Shown here: piece after piece, positions 50,980-63,654 of the stretch | How positions within the stretch are numbered: position 1 is the first letter of the stretch | Layout of the letters: the number at the start of each line of letters is the position of its first letter | NCBI GenBank assembly: GCA_038087875.1 | Contig: CM075988.1 | Span: 5,146,001-5,210,000 of the forward strand | Length of the DNA stretch: 64,000 bases | Reading direction: 5' to 3' | DNA from: Malacoraja senta | Taxonomy: Eukaryota | Position numbers and translations under genes: made by a program | Notes under the pieces: model-generated | The model's input: only the letters and a program-made list of their open reading frames with translations | The model's database searches: none | What the model was told of the DNA's origin: nothing

Positions 50980-53900
50980 TTACTTCGGAGTCACGTGAGT
51001 GACTACGTGAAGATTTCATAGCTCTGTGATTTCATGCCGTGGACACGAGTCCATGCGTCACTCACTGCATCAATTGACCAAGGATGAGTGAACATTAATC
51101 ATGCATTTAGACATGACATAGATATAGACATGCTGATGCTTTTTATGAACAAATAATAACAATAGTAACCCCGGTCATCCGGGAGGAAACTATAGACAGA
51201 ACTTAAAATAGAGTTGGCAAATATCCCCGGTCTGGCAATGGTTTGCATAAATGTATGGAAAGATCGTTCATTTGACCACCCTGCAGACGCTAGGATGTGG
51301 TACTGCAGAATGTCCATACCCCTGCCGCTGAAACTGTTGCAGCCCTGGTGGAGTGAGATTTAAAATGTCAGAGTCACTCCTGCACAAGGCAGAACCCATT
51401 TAACCATCTGGAGATGGTCTGTACTGATACCTTCTTATGTTTATGTAACTAACAAACATTGCTAGATCAGTGCCCCTAAGGCTCTAAGTGACCTAACGTA
51501 TAGTAGTAGATGACCACACACAACCAAAGGTCCATGGGGTATGCCCAAATTCTAGTTAGAGACCTGATGCCCCTGGTCTGCTCTGCTTGAATAAGCCATG
51601 AACATAAATAGTTATTTGCCTGCAGATGTAACCATGCTGTCCAGTCGCAATGACTGGACACGTTGCGCTGAACCAGTGCCATGAGCATAACCACTTGTAA
51701 GTGAGTTTGACCAAGGACAGGGATGAAGCCGGAGCCCACCGGCGAAGCGGCGTCAGAACAATGTTAACATCCCATATCTCTGCGTACCTGGGCCTGGGAG
51801 GTTTGAGTTGAAGATACCCTTCTTGAATCTGGATATCAGAGGGTGAGACCCAACAGAGTAGGTCCCGCTCCTTGCAGAAATATGATGAGAAGGCACGTTT
51901 GGCACAGTTAATGGAACTATAACTAATTTTATGTCAAAGACCCATTCGAAAATGAACTCCCAGTCATCAGTTATCCGTGCCGTATATATGTCAACGAATT
52001 GATTTATCATGCATTGGATGGTTGCCCGAGTCACGGGCTGAACCAGCTATACTATGTTAGAATTAACCATATAAGGTTCTATTTCATTCCCAACATCAGC
52101 GGGAACCATGGCTGCATAGGACAGTCACTACAAAAATGCCTGAAGCGGGATTACTGAATTTAACAAGACCCGACTGGTGAGGAAAAATGGAGGAAGACAA
52201 ACCTCCCCAGTGTAGCAAGAGTACATCTATCGCCACTGCCATGCCACCTATATATATATATTTCTCTACTGGTGATTGAGCCTGGATGCAACATCTCGAT
52301 CTTAATGTTCCATAAGTCACCAAGTCATTAAATACTTAGTGATCCAACATCCATTCAGTTTTGACATTGATTTTACATGATGATACACCAGTGCCAAATG
52401 AGGTTAGGTAAACCATCCCCGGATACTTTGACTTGATTGCACCCATGTGATTAACTTATGACACCACCAAAGTGTATCATCTTGAACTTGAACATGCTGA
52501 TTATGCATATTCGCACAACCCTTGACCCATAGAATGCACCTGGTGTCTAAAGGCAGTTGATACCATAGAACTGAAGAATAGGTAACATGCAAATCCCATC
52601 ACCTCCGTAACTAGAGATGGTATAAGTAATTTCACATCTTTAAGCACTCGCATCAGTTTGTAATATAACTGAAGATTTACTGACGAAAAGTTAGTGGTGC
52701 AATGCTGAATACTGTTCGTCCACCATAGTGACTTTCATGGAGGTAAATAACGAGACCTACTTACCAGCGTCTCTAACTCCAGGTCCCTTACCTTTGCTAG
52801 AGTTCCAGCGAAATTTCATTCGCAGACTCTGACCATGTTGTCATTTCCATTAGATCGCTGATGCTGCTGGCCAACTTCTCTTGTAGTGGCTAGTCCGTCA
52901 CCGACGGAGCAGCAATTTTAGGGGCAAAGCACAGTTTTCCCTCATGCGATTGTCATGCATTATGCATTAAGCATGGGACCCCGGCACAGTCATATTTGGG
53001 TTCCTGTTTGGAGTCAATCCATACTAACCTTAGACACTCTTTTAGAGTGGGAGTAATTGCACCTGAACCAGGTGTCACCATCCGTCTCCTCAATTTGTCT
53101 GTGCATGCCTCTGTACCAAGCATGTTTTGCGACTCCATCTCCCATGGTCTTATAATATATATGGCTCCATCTTCATCCTTTATATATCCAAATGGGAGGA
53201 CATGCCCTGAACCAGGGGCTGCCTCAGGCATGTGTGCATGTATTTTAGCACCATCTCCATCACTGCGCTCAACCGAGTGGAAGGAATGGCAACCCTGAAC
53301 CAGGCGTTGCTTCAGGCACATGTGCATACTCCTGTAGCACTCTCTCTACCATTCCGTCATTTGAGTGGGAGGAAATTTGCAACCCTGAACCAGGAGCTGC
53401 TGCCTGACATGCCTTTAGATGGAGCGTTCTTTGACTGCGACGAATCGCAATCTTGTCTGACATAGATGCCCAAGACTTGGCACTCACTCTGAGTTGGGGT
53501 TGTCAGGTTGCTTCCTTCAGCAGCCGCCAGGACTAGCTGTGCAAATCGATGCTCTGTTGGTATCCTCATTCCCCAAACAGGCTGCACGTGCTAGTGACTC
53601 CGAATCCTGCTCCTTCCCGATGCCAATGCAGTATACAGGGAAGGACTGGAGCGCCTCTGGCCCCCGTACATCAGGCATAGTGGGAGAAATGTTGGAACAA
53701 AAAACCTGCCAGTTATTTGCCATGTGCAAAGACGTTTACATGAATGAAGATGCCCATCCCAGTTAAATCAGAGATTTGATTACTTTATTGATATGAATAA
53801 TCGGCGTTTTGGGGAAGAATCTTCCACAGTCCCGTAATGAGCGGAATTACCATGACGCCACCATGTATAGCTCGCACAGGTGACTGATAGGTATAGCTCA

Positions 53901-54998
53901 ACAAGGCTTTCCAAGCCAGGGATCTAGACCGCCATGGCAGGTCCGATTCTACTACACAATTTGTTGGTGTAAGCGATAATAAAATTCCTCTCTTGGTTAT
54001 GATAGTCACAACGTGACCTAGTGGCAACTATATAAATGCCCACCCTGTATAGCCATACTTTAAAAGAATACACTATAACTAGACCACACAACCCATTTTA
54101 TGGAAACCCAGACTCACGTACCTGCATAGATACCAGTGGTCTTGAGGTAAGCCCAAAGGCCCCTGATGTAGGTCCCATTCCCGTCCTTGATTTGGAGGGT
54201 AGAACTGCTGAGGTGCGTGGATCGTATATTTTCCCTGAAGGCCAGCTTGGGCCTAGCCCTGAAGACCTCTGCCCACAGAATCAGTTCCCTGGCTGCTACC
54301 AGCTTTAGAAAAAAGACTACTGCCATAGGAGAGGTAAGGGTGATGTAGCCGTTAGTAATGTGAGGGGAACTCTGCCCCCCCCCCCCCCAGGTATACTGGA
54401 ATCTAATGTAGAATGTGCCCTGGACACACTTCCGGGGTTGGGGTCAGACACACACTGACCCCTTGCACTCCTCTCCACTGAGGGGATATTAGTAAGCAGC
54501 CCTGATAACAGGTGCTGCCGTCGTCCCCTGAGGACCTGCGCTGATATGGCCCTATCCGTGGACCATATCAGGATGTGTAGAACGTCCGAGAACGTACCGT
54601 AATGACGGAGGAGAACCCTCCTTGCCGGCCTCGTCCAGCCCAGGCCTCTCTAACTCCGTATAGTTGCCCTCTTTGGGCTGCCGAAGTCGGGGTCGCTGAC
54701 CGTACTGTCAGCGAGTCGTGTAGTAAACCATAGCCGGCATCACCCGCGGTCTAAAGTACCGCGCGGCCCGATTTATCAAAATCCTCGGGAGTCGCTGACC
54801 GTACTGTCAGCGACTCAAGCAGCAACCCCAACGGCCACCCGCTACCCGCATACCGCGGTCCGTAGCCGGCATCCCCGCGGTCCAATTGGTTTCCCCGCGG
54901 TCCGACCGGGTTACTGTATGCAATATTCCACAGGAAACTCTGCGAGAAGAGTTTCCTGCAACAAAGGACAACCTAAAAACGTGACTCCGAAGTAAAAT
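50690..54998 (-). mobile_element. DIRS1-type retrotransposon (copy 3), strongly decayed; left ITR deleted and RT core apparently missing
   Basis: Right end and ICR at 50690-51013; only ~20 bp of the left end remain at 54979-54998. YR remnants (HPLISRFKKGIFN, LASAGWSNERSFHTF) and an RNase H LQTDAS motif near 52655. The empty site rebuilds an HE1 body: TTGTAGGTT-AAT-TGGCTTGGTAAAATTG. Confidence 0.9.
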
Positions 54999-57684
54999 TG
55001 GCTTGGTAAAATTGTAAATTGTCCCTAGTGTGCATAGGATAGTGCTAATGTGCAGGGATTGCTGGTCTGTGCGGGCTAGGTGGGCCAAAGTGCCTCTTTC
55101 CATGCTGTATTTCTAAACTTTCAACTCTAAACTCTAAGCTCCACTGGGACAGAGATAACTGAAAACTGTGTGTGATTGGGTGTTTCTAGGTATAAAGAGT
55201 GAGGAGTGTTCAAAAATAATTTACAGCTTAATGCAAATATACAAAGTGATGATGTACTTATACAAAACTAATGAACCCATAAGGATTTAAATATTATTAA
55301 TTGGATGGCAGAGTATTAAAATCAGCAGATAAGGTGCACAGAAGAATATAAACAAAAGACACAGAATGCTGGAGTAACTCAATAAGTCAGGCAGCATCTC
55401 TGGAGAACATGGATAGGCGACGTTTCGAATTGGGACCCTTCTTCAGATTGATTGCAGTCGGGAGAGAGGGTGGGTTGAAAGCTGGATGAAACGTAGGATT
55501 CGTACAATAAAAAAGCCTGCATTATCGAGATTAACTAAACATTTCTCCAACTATTTGCGAATAGAAAGAGCAATCAAGGATAATGTTAACTCTAAAAACA
55601 ATCAATAGAAGTATGATGGATTAAAATAGGAAATCACAAGGCATGTTGCAGAGTTACTTTGTATCAGAATTCCCAGGAGGAAGAAGTAAACACTTCAAGA
55701 AAAATAATTAATATGATTCTTTGAGTTACAAAACCAGGAAAACAAAAATAGGGAGGAATAAAGCACTAAAATCTGATAACTTGCTCAGATCTGAGAAGTT
55801 TCACAAGTAACGTTAAGGGCAATTAGGGAGAAAGTTTCAGATCCTTTTAATATCCATCTTCCAAACCTGTTAATTCAAGAGTACTTTCTTTAAATTGGAC
55901 AATTGCAAATGAAGTCTCATTATTTATTAAAGAGAATACTACAAACTACTTGCCTGTCAGCCCGAATTTATTTTGAGAACATTATTGGTAATTTTAATTA
56001 AGAACAAAGTAAGAGAAGGCTTAGGAAATGTGAGCTGATTTTAAGGAGACAAAATGTATTGATATGGCTTTTCTGAAATGAGCCTAATTGATCTTTTTAG
56101 TTAGTATTGTATTTGAATTGGTACAGTTTAACATCAATGGATAAAGCTTAGATAGATCTCCAGAAGTCATTCAAAATGGTTCCACATGAGAGCATCAGCT
56201 AGAAAGCTAAAGCATCTGAACATAAATTTATTGAACTTGGAGATTGGCTAATTGCAGAAGACAGAATAGCAACCTCGAAATTCAAATGCATGTTAAAATG
56301 CATCTGGTGAGATTTGAGTTCAGCCTAGAGGTCAAACTGCATCTCTGGAGAACATGGATAGATAGCGTTTCAGGTCGGGACCCTTCTTCTGACTCAATGA
56401 GGAATCAGACTCAGTTGGCCCGACCCCAAGCGTCACGTTGCTAAGTTTTTCAGAGATGCTGCTTTACCCACAGACCTACTACAGCACTTTGTGTCTTTTT
56501 TTCTAAACCAGCATCTGCTGATCCTTGTTTCTACAAAGACCTAGAATACATATGTAGCACAGAGTGTGGTAAATAAGGTTGGTATCCAGTAGGCATCTTG
56601 GAACATGACATAGTGGCAAGAATAAAGAAATGGTTCAGAGAGATGCCAGATAAAAGTCCTCTAACAAAGGCAGGGCAGGAGGAAAGGGAACAGGGTGGCG
56701 GTCAGAAAAGTTAAAAAGTCATATACACTCCATCCTAGTATGGGAGTAGGGAGCTCCATCAGTAGGGAAGCTCCTTGTGAGCGCTGCGCAGCCATGCTGG
56801 AGTGGACCCAGCCAGTGGCCGAAGGAAACAAGAACAAGTCTGGCGGCCAAAGTGACTGATGAGAATGAGGATGGACCAGACAAGGACCGACCAGTGACTG
56901 CATTTATGGTTTAGTTTGGTTTAGAGATGCAGCGTGCAAACAGGCCCTTCAGCCCTCCGAGTCCGCACCGACCAGCGATCCCCGCATATTAACACTACCC
57001 GACACACATTAGGGAGAATTTACATTGTCAGACCTATACGTCTTTGGAGTGTGGGAGGAAACCGAAGATCTCGGAGAAAAGCCACGCAGGTCACAGGGAG
57101 AATGTACAAACTCCGTACAGACAGCACCCGTGGTCGGGATCGAATCCGGGTCTCTGGCACTGTAAGTGTTGTAAGGTAGTAACTCTACCGCAGCACCATA
57201 CTGAAAGGTATGGTTGTGCAAAATAATTTCACTGTGCTGTGCATATGCAACAATAAAGAACCACTGAACCATTGAACCATCCGCTGTTAAGAACCTGCAC
57301 CTCCGGTCCCTTTTAAATATTTATCCTCTCATCTTAAAATGATGTCCTTTATTTTTAGATTTCCCCTGTTCTTTGAAAAGAAATGTGACCATTCACCTTA
57401 TCTATTCCCCTCAGGACTTTATAAACCTCTATAAGGTCACACTAAAACTCCTTTTGCTCAACAATCCCAGCCTAGCCAGTCCTGGTAACATCTTTCTGAA
57501 TAGTTTATGTACCTTCTCCAGCTTATGGTGACCAGAACTGCTCACAATACTCCACTAGACCCGTGCATGTAAAGGTCTTGATGTGAATGCTTGGCTGTTG
57601 TTTCAATGTAGTTGGTTTATGACAGATAGTTGGTAATATTAACATCAAGGACTTCAAGCTCCGAACCAGTTCCATTGGTTTACC

Positions 57685-58035
57685 ATGCTCCCTGAAGACT
57701 CCCCTCTCCCATCAGGCAAAAGGTATAGAAGTGTGAAAACGCACACCTTCAGATTCAGGGACAGTTTCTTCTCAGCTATTATCAGGCAACTGAATCATCC
57801 TACCACAACCAGAGAGCAGTGCTGAACTACTATCTACCTCTTTGGTGACCCTCGGACTATCCTTGATCGGACTTTGCTGGCTTTACTTTGCACTAAAAGT
57901 TATTCCCTTAGCATGTATCTATACACTGTAAATGGTTCGATTGTAATCATGTATTGTCTTTCAGCTGACTGTATAGCACGCAACAAAAGTTTTCACTGTA
58001 CCTCAATACAAGTGACAATAAACTAAACTGAACTA
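57685..58035 (+). mobile_element. Rex/Babar-type LINE 3' end
   Basis: PLPSGKRYRSVKTHTFRFRDSFFSAIIRQLN, then TTTCACTGTACCTC..GTGACAATAAA(CTAAA)n. Related pieces at 44430-44715 (-) and 45280-45480 (+). Confidence 0.8.
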
Positions 58036-58065
58036 ATCTGGGGGCAAGGAGAAACCTAGAGTAAA

Positions 58066-58316
58066 GGGCCTGTCACACGGCGATTTTTTCAGCGACTGCC
58101 GGCATCATTGACTGAAGTATCAGGTCACCGAAAAAGTTGCGGCGTGATGTTGCGTAATGCAGCGTGACTGCCGTGATGCGGTGTAACGCGGCATGATGCG
58201 GCATAATGCGGCGTGATAACGTATTGACGCATGGTGTTTTGAAATGTTCAAAATCATTTGGCGACCCTGGTATGACACCGGCAGTCGCTGAAAAAATCGC
58301 CAAGTGGGACAGGCCC
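58066..58316. mobile_element. MITE with ~38-bp terminal inverted repeats (PIF/Harbinger-like termini)
   Basis: Left GGGCCTGTCACACGGCGATTTTTTCAGCGACTGCCGG; right CCGGCAGTCGCTGAAAAAATCGCCAAGTGGGACAGGCCC; internal GCGGCRTRAT decamers. TAA precedes the left end, but the right TSD is not clear. Confidence 0.8.
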
Positions 58317-58637
58317 AGAGGACATTTTCAGTGGAGGATTAATTTCAATGTAATTAGTGGGCAACTGGCCAGAGTAAATTGTAAACAGAGATTGGCAGGT
58401 AATACAGTAACATAATGCACAGTATTGAAATAATGAAGTCAAGTACAATGCAGTACTTCCTCACAAGGGGAAAGAAACTTATAGAATGTGGTCAGAATCT
58501 TTTCGAAACAACAATGAGCAAAGCTGTAAAATTACGACTTGGAGAATTAAATTTGAAGAACCAGTCTGGAGTTGTTGAAGACAAATTAGTTCAATTAAGA
58601 TCAAAGGAATTATTTGATGAGGTAACAAAAAAAATAA

Positions 58638-58811
58638 AAGATAGACACAAAAAAATGGATTAACTCAGCGGGACAGGCAGCATCTCGGGAGCGAAGGAAT
58701 GGGTGACGTTTCAGGTCGAGACCCTTCTCCAGAGATGCTGCCTGTCCCGCTGAGTTACTCCAGCTTTTTGTGTCTATCTTCAGTTTAAACCAGCACCTGC
58801 AGTTCCTTCCT
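58638..58811. mobile_element. Fold-back PLE mini-insertion (type A)
   Basis: Inverted arms; flanks AACA(A/G)AAAAAATAA resemble a TSD. Confidence 0.78.
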
Positions 58812-59988
58812 CAACAGAAAAAATAATCTCCTCTGCCTGCATGTAATCCATATCCCTCCATTCCCTGCACATCCATGAGCCTATCCAAAAGCCTCTTATA
58901 TGCAACTATCACATCTGCCTCCACCACTACCACTGGCAGTAGGTACCATGAACCCACCACTCTCTGTGCAAACAATGTGCCCCACACATCTCCTTTAAAC
59001 TTTGCCCCTCTCACCTTAAAGCTATGCCCTCCAGTCTTTGACATTTACACCCTGGGAAAAAAATGTGCTGACTGTTTACCTATGCCTCTCATAATTACCA
59101 GTCGTCCATCAGCCTCCAATGTCCCAGAGAAAACAATCCATGTTTGTCCAACCTCTCCTTGTAGCCAATACCATCCAATCCCAGGCAACATTCTGGTAAA
59201 CCTCTTCTGCACCCTCTCCAAAGCCACCACGTCCTTCCTTGTAATGAGGTGACCAGAACTGTTTGCAATACCTAACCCAAATCCTGACAACAGAGAGAAG
59301 GAAGTCACAGGATAGGAACATCTTTCCAACCAGAGGATGTTGATGCCTAACATTTAGACCAACGTTTCTCTAGACACACACTAGTATTTTAATGTTGAGC
59401 TCAGAAAGTAGCATTTCAATGTTTTCAACTGACAATGAGCTCGGACATCTTGTAAGCACTAAAGGGTGGTCATAGATGGCAAGAGATGCCAGATACACTG
59501 GCAGAATGGGTCAACAGGAAACAAATTACATTTAGTAATGGGAATTTGAAAGTTGTGATTTCTCAATGAGAAATGAGGGCCACTATTGCATGAATGGCAT
59601 AGTTCTCAGAGAGTGCGTGAGAACTAAAGGTGTATATGTGTGCAGGTTTTGAATAGGGCAGGAGAGGTTGAGATAGCAGTTGACATAGAACAGGGAAACT
59701 TGCGCATCATTAACAGAGTCAAAGTGTAAAAGCAAAGCTGCAATGCTTTAGTTGAGAACGTTCCTATTTGCGGATGGTAAACATGACACCTCTAAATAGG
59801 CTCCAGACTTGGAGACATTGCTTTTGACTTTGCATTACTATGGTCTATCTATTCATCTGTTTAGTGTATGTACTGAACATTTTGTTGTTGTTTATTATAG
59901 TTTTTACAGAGAATAGGTTTACATATCTGCTGTGTTGCGGCAAATAAGAATTTGTTTGTTCCATTTGGAAAATATGACAATAAAACAC

Positions 59989-60210
59989 ATAATGTGTAGG
60001 GAGGAACTGCAGATGCTGGTTTACACTGAAGAGAGACAGAATGTTGGAGTAACTCAGCAGGACAGGCAGCATCTCTGGATAGTAGGAAAGGGTGATGTTT
60101 CACGTCGAGACCCTTCTTCATTCTGAAGAACACGAAACGCTACCCATTCGTACTATCCAGAGATGCTGCCTATCCCGCTGATTTACTCCAGCATTTTGTG
60201 TCGATCTTTA
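59989..60210. mobile_element. Fold-back PLE mini-insertion (type A) with 12-bp TSD
   Basis: TSD ACAATAAAACAC at 59977-59988 and 60211-60222; arms meet at CTTCTTCATT/CTGAAGAACACGAAAC. Confidence 0.82.
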
Positions 60211-60390
60211 ACAATAAAACACTCTTGACTCTTGACTCTTTTTGTGGATCAGGGACAGAGATGGGCAAAAGACAACCGGCAGGTGTGAACAATGTGCGGT
60301 AGTGGGTCTGAATAAAACACGAGTTGGACACAACAGGAATAACGCATTCAATTCTATAGCAAGAATGTGCAGAGAAGATTATTTACGTGG

Positions 60391-60621
60391 GTACACAACA
60401 ATGCTGGAGAAATTCAGCAGGTGCAGCAGCATCTATGGAGCGAAGGAAATAGGCAACGTTTCGGGCCGAAACCCTTCTTCAGACGTTTCGGGCCGAAACC
60501 CTTCTTTCGGCCCGAAACGTTGCCTATTTCCTTCGCTCCATAGATGCTGCTGCACCCGCTGAGTTTCTCCAGCATTTTTGTGTACCTTCGATTTTCCAGC
60601 ATCTGCAGTTCCTTCTTTAAC
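60391..60621. mobile_element. Fold-back PLE mini-insertion (type B) with reiterated hammerhead core
   Basis: Palindromic arms; centre has tandem and inverted GGGTTTCGGCCCGAAACGT units; flanks AGATTATT(T)TACGTGG duplicated. Confidence 0.85.
60455..60482 (-). ncRNA. Minimal hammerhead motif (PLE type B, UUCG-capped helix II)
   Basis: Minus strand CTGAAGAAGGGT(TTCG)GCCCGAAACGTT. Confidence 0.65.
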
Positions 60622-60949
60622 AGATTATTTACGTGGTTGGCTCCAGGGATGAGTGGTTTTTAACTGCAAAATTAAAGTGAACAAACCAGGCTTTGTTTTC
60701 TTAGAGCAGAAAGCTAAAAGAATAAATGTAAAATCATGTTGGATTTGAAGGAGTAGCAGAGAACCTGTTACCTGTTCCTATTTGCAGATGATTTGTAGAC
60801 CAGGAGCTTTGATGAGCAGTTGAAGAATCAGTCTGAAGCTTTCAAAAAGCTACTGGATGGACATTTAAGGGAATAACATTTGTAGCATTGTGTGGATTTT
60901 GTAAGAGATTCGGACTGATAGACTACCGTTAAAAAAACTGGCATTGATT

Positions 60950-61270
60950 AGGGCGGCACCTTGGCGCAGGGGTAGAGTTGCTGCCTCACAGCGCCAGAGA
61001 CCCGGGTTCGATCCTGACTACGGGTGCTGTCTGTACGGAGTTTGTACGTTCTCCTCGTGACCTGCGTGGGTTTTCTCCAGGATCTCCGTTTTCCCCCCAC
61101 ACTCCAAAGACGTACAGGTTTGTAGGCTAATTGGCTTGATATAAATGTAAATTGTTCCTTGCGTGTGTAGGATAGTGTAAGTGTGCTGGGATCGCTGGTC
61201 GGCGCAGACCCGGTGGGCCGAAGCGCCTGTTTCCATGCTGTATCTCTAAACTGAACTAAACTAAACTAAA
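60950..61270 (+). mobile_element. HE1/V-SINE-type SINE, full length and little decayed
   Basis: GGGCGGCAC..TGGCGCAGGGG A-box, GGTTCGATCC B-box, CpGs retained, (CTAAA)n tail. Confidence 0.9.
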
Positions 61271-62117
61271 GATCTGTGGGACCAAATGACTGCATTCTGG
61301 GTTGAAATGATTCGATATAATTACATTTGTGGCTGAGTAGAATCAAATTTGCCATGGGAGCATAGAACAGTGAAATAGCCAAAGGCACAAGGAACTGCAG
61401 ACGCTGGAATTTTGAGCAAACCACAAAGTGCTGGAGGAACTCAGCGGTCAGGCAGCATGGACAGGCAAGGCTTTGGATACAGACCCTTCTTCAGTTTCAA
61501 GGAAGGTCCCGACCAGAAACATTGTCTACCCATGCCCACCATAGATGTTACCAGACCTGCTGAGTTCCTCCAGCACTTTGTGTTTCGTAAAAGTAAAATA
61601 GCCTCTTGTTTCTGCGGGAAGAATGGATCGTTCCTTGCCTGGAGATGCACGAGACCCCCAATACTGGGGGCACTGACTGGAGAAAGCAGAGAGTAGCATC
61701 GAAAACAATGAGAGTCTGTAGCTGGGACAGAGTCATACTCCATCGAGGGTTCCCCGAAGACCAGGGACCGGGAGGACGGAGTCGGCGAAGATGACGGACG
61801 AGATGGGTGAGGAGTTAAGGCCGGTGGGAGAGGGGAGGGAACCGGAGTCTGGCCTATGGCACCTTCAAGGTCAGCTGCAGGAGGAACCCCCGGGGAACAC
61901 AGGTGAATGGGCGAGGAGAGGACATCGGTTGCTGGTCAACCCAAGGAAGGCGATGGCTGGAGGCCTGCAGCAGCCTGGGTCTTGCCTGAATCAGGCACCG
62001 CTCATAATAACTGAAGCCTGGACTACACTTGGAAAATGGTGCCAAGATATGGTGCCTCTTTCCTATGGGCTCCGTAGACCATAGCTGTACAACTGCTAGT
62101 CAGGGTGGTATGGTTCG

Positions 62118-62548
62118 CAGGTTCACAAGTTATTGGAGGAGAATTAGACCATTCACCCCATCGAGTCTACTCTGCCATTCAATCATTGCTGCTCTGCCAC
62201 CTAATCCTATTTTACTGCCTTCTCCCCATAACCTTTGACACCCGTTCTAATCAAGAATTTGTCTATCTCTGCCTTAAAAATGCCCACTGACTTGACCTCC
62301 ACAGCCCTCTGTGGCAATGAGTTCCACAGATTAACTACCCTCTGACTAAAGAAGTCCCCCTCACCTCCTTTCTAAAAGAGCTCCGTTTAGTTCTGAGGCT
62401 ATGACCTCTGGTACTAGACTCCCCCACTAGTGGAAACATCCTTTCCACATCCACTCTATCTATGCCTTTCATTATTCTGTAGGTTTCAATGAGGGGACCC
62501 CTCATCCTTCTAAACTCAGGTGAGTAGAGGCCCAGTGCTGTCAAACGC
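62118..62548 (-). mobile_element. CR1/HER1 3' fragment
   Basis: LGLYSPEFRRMRGPLIETYRIMKG..TRGHSL. Confidence 0.88.
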
Positions 62549-62655
62549 TGTATCACATGCTCACCCACTAAATGCTACGGTGATACTCTACTGGACTGTT
62601 TGTAAGAAAAAAAAATTACTGTGCATTTGCAATTTGCACCCCTTTAAAATAAAGC

Positions 62656-63055
62656 ACCATCGAACCATCGAACCATCGAACCATCGAACCATCGAACCAT
62701 CGAACCATCGAACCATCGAACCATCGAACCATCGAACCATCGAACCATCGAACCATCGAACCATTGAACCATCGAACCATCGAACCATCGGAACATCGAA
62801 ACATCGAACCATCGAACCATTGAACCATCGAACCATCGAACCATCGAACCATCGAACCATCGAACCATTGAACCATTGAACCATTGAACCATCGAACCAT
62901 TGAACCATTGGAACATCGAAACATCGAACTATCGAACCATTGAACCATTGAACCATCGAACCATCGAACCATTGAACCATTGAACCATCGAACCATTGAA
63001 CCATTGAACCATTGAGCCATTGAACCATTGGAACATCGAAACATCGAACTATTGA
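62656..63055 (+). repeat. 8-bp minisatellite (GAACCATY)n
   Basis: About 50 tandem units directly after AATAAA. Confidence 0.98.
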
Positions 63056-63654
63056 ATTGAACTCAACATCAGTTGGGATTCGGGGGATTGCTAAATACAG
63101 GTCCCAATTCTGTGTCCATTATTTAAGTCAATTATCATGCTATCCTTGAAGCAGGATCTCACAAACTCTGCCCATGATTGTATTATCATAATAGAAGGTG
63201 TTTCAGTGATAAATTGATACTCTGAAATGATAGATATGTTTATTAACATGCATAGAGCACCATGATGTTACTTAAGCAATTGATTAAATTAGGAAAATAA
63301 TTTTCTTCTTAATAAATCCCAGGATAATAAATGAATTAAACACAATTACCAACAATAAGTGATGTTTCATTAGTATCTTTCCAATGCCAACTACCTCCTC
63401 ATTACACAGTGTCTTTAATTGATGACAATATATTCAGCAAATATGTTAAAGGGGTGTTAATCTCCAACTCTCTGCACATTGTGTCAACATGCACTCATTT
63501 TGAAAGTGTTATTAGTTTTTAACTAATATGATTTCAGTCCCAGCTTCATGAGGTCTTAGATGAGAAGGAATGTAACTGCAAATAACTAGCGGTTATATTA
63601 CTGCTGGTGCGGGAGAGGCAGCACAGTCTGTGTGCGTGTGCCTAGCACCTTCCC

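Larger units (their letters stand above)
55140..60950 (+). mobile_element. Ancient, heavily decayed CR1 broken by many younger insertions
   Basis: Residual colinear motifs: TGGACAATTGCAAATG (WxxAN) and AACTACTTGCCTGTCAGC (NYxPVS) at ~55895-55960; ACACTGGCAGAATGGG at ~59495; 3'-end-like sequence at 60620-60950. Confidence 0.45.

Noticed and set aside
53040..53420. Repeat-spacer pattern resembling a CRISPR array
   Set aside because: The intervening sequences are related to each other (diverged tandem units), spacing is irregular, the context is a vertebrate retrotransposon, and no cas genes are present.
60950..61030. tRNA gene
   Set aside because: The A/B boxes belong to the tRNA-derived head of the HE1 SINE and continue into the SINE body.
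62520..63044. Long repetitive ORFs (HRTIEPSN / MVRWFDGS repeats)
   Set aside because: Translation artefacts of the 8-bp minisatellite.
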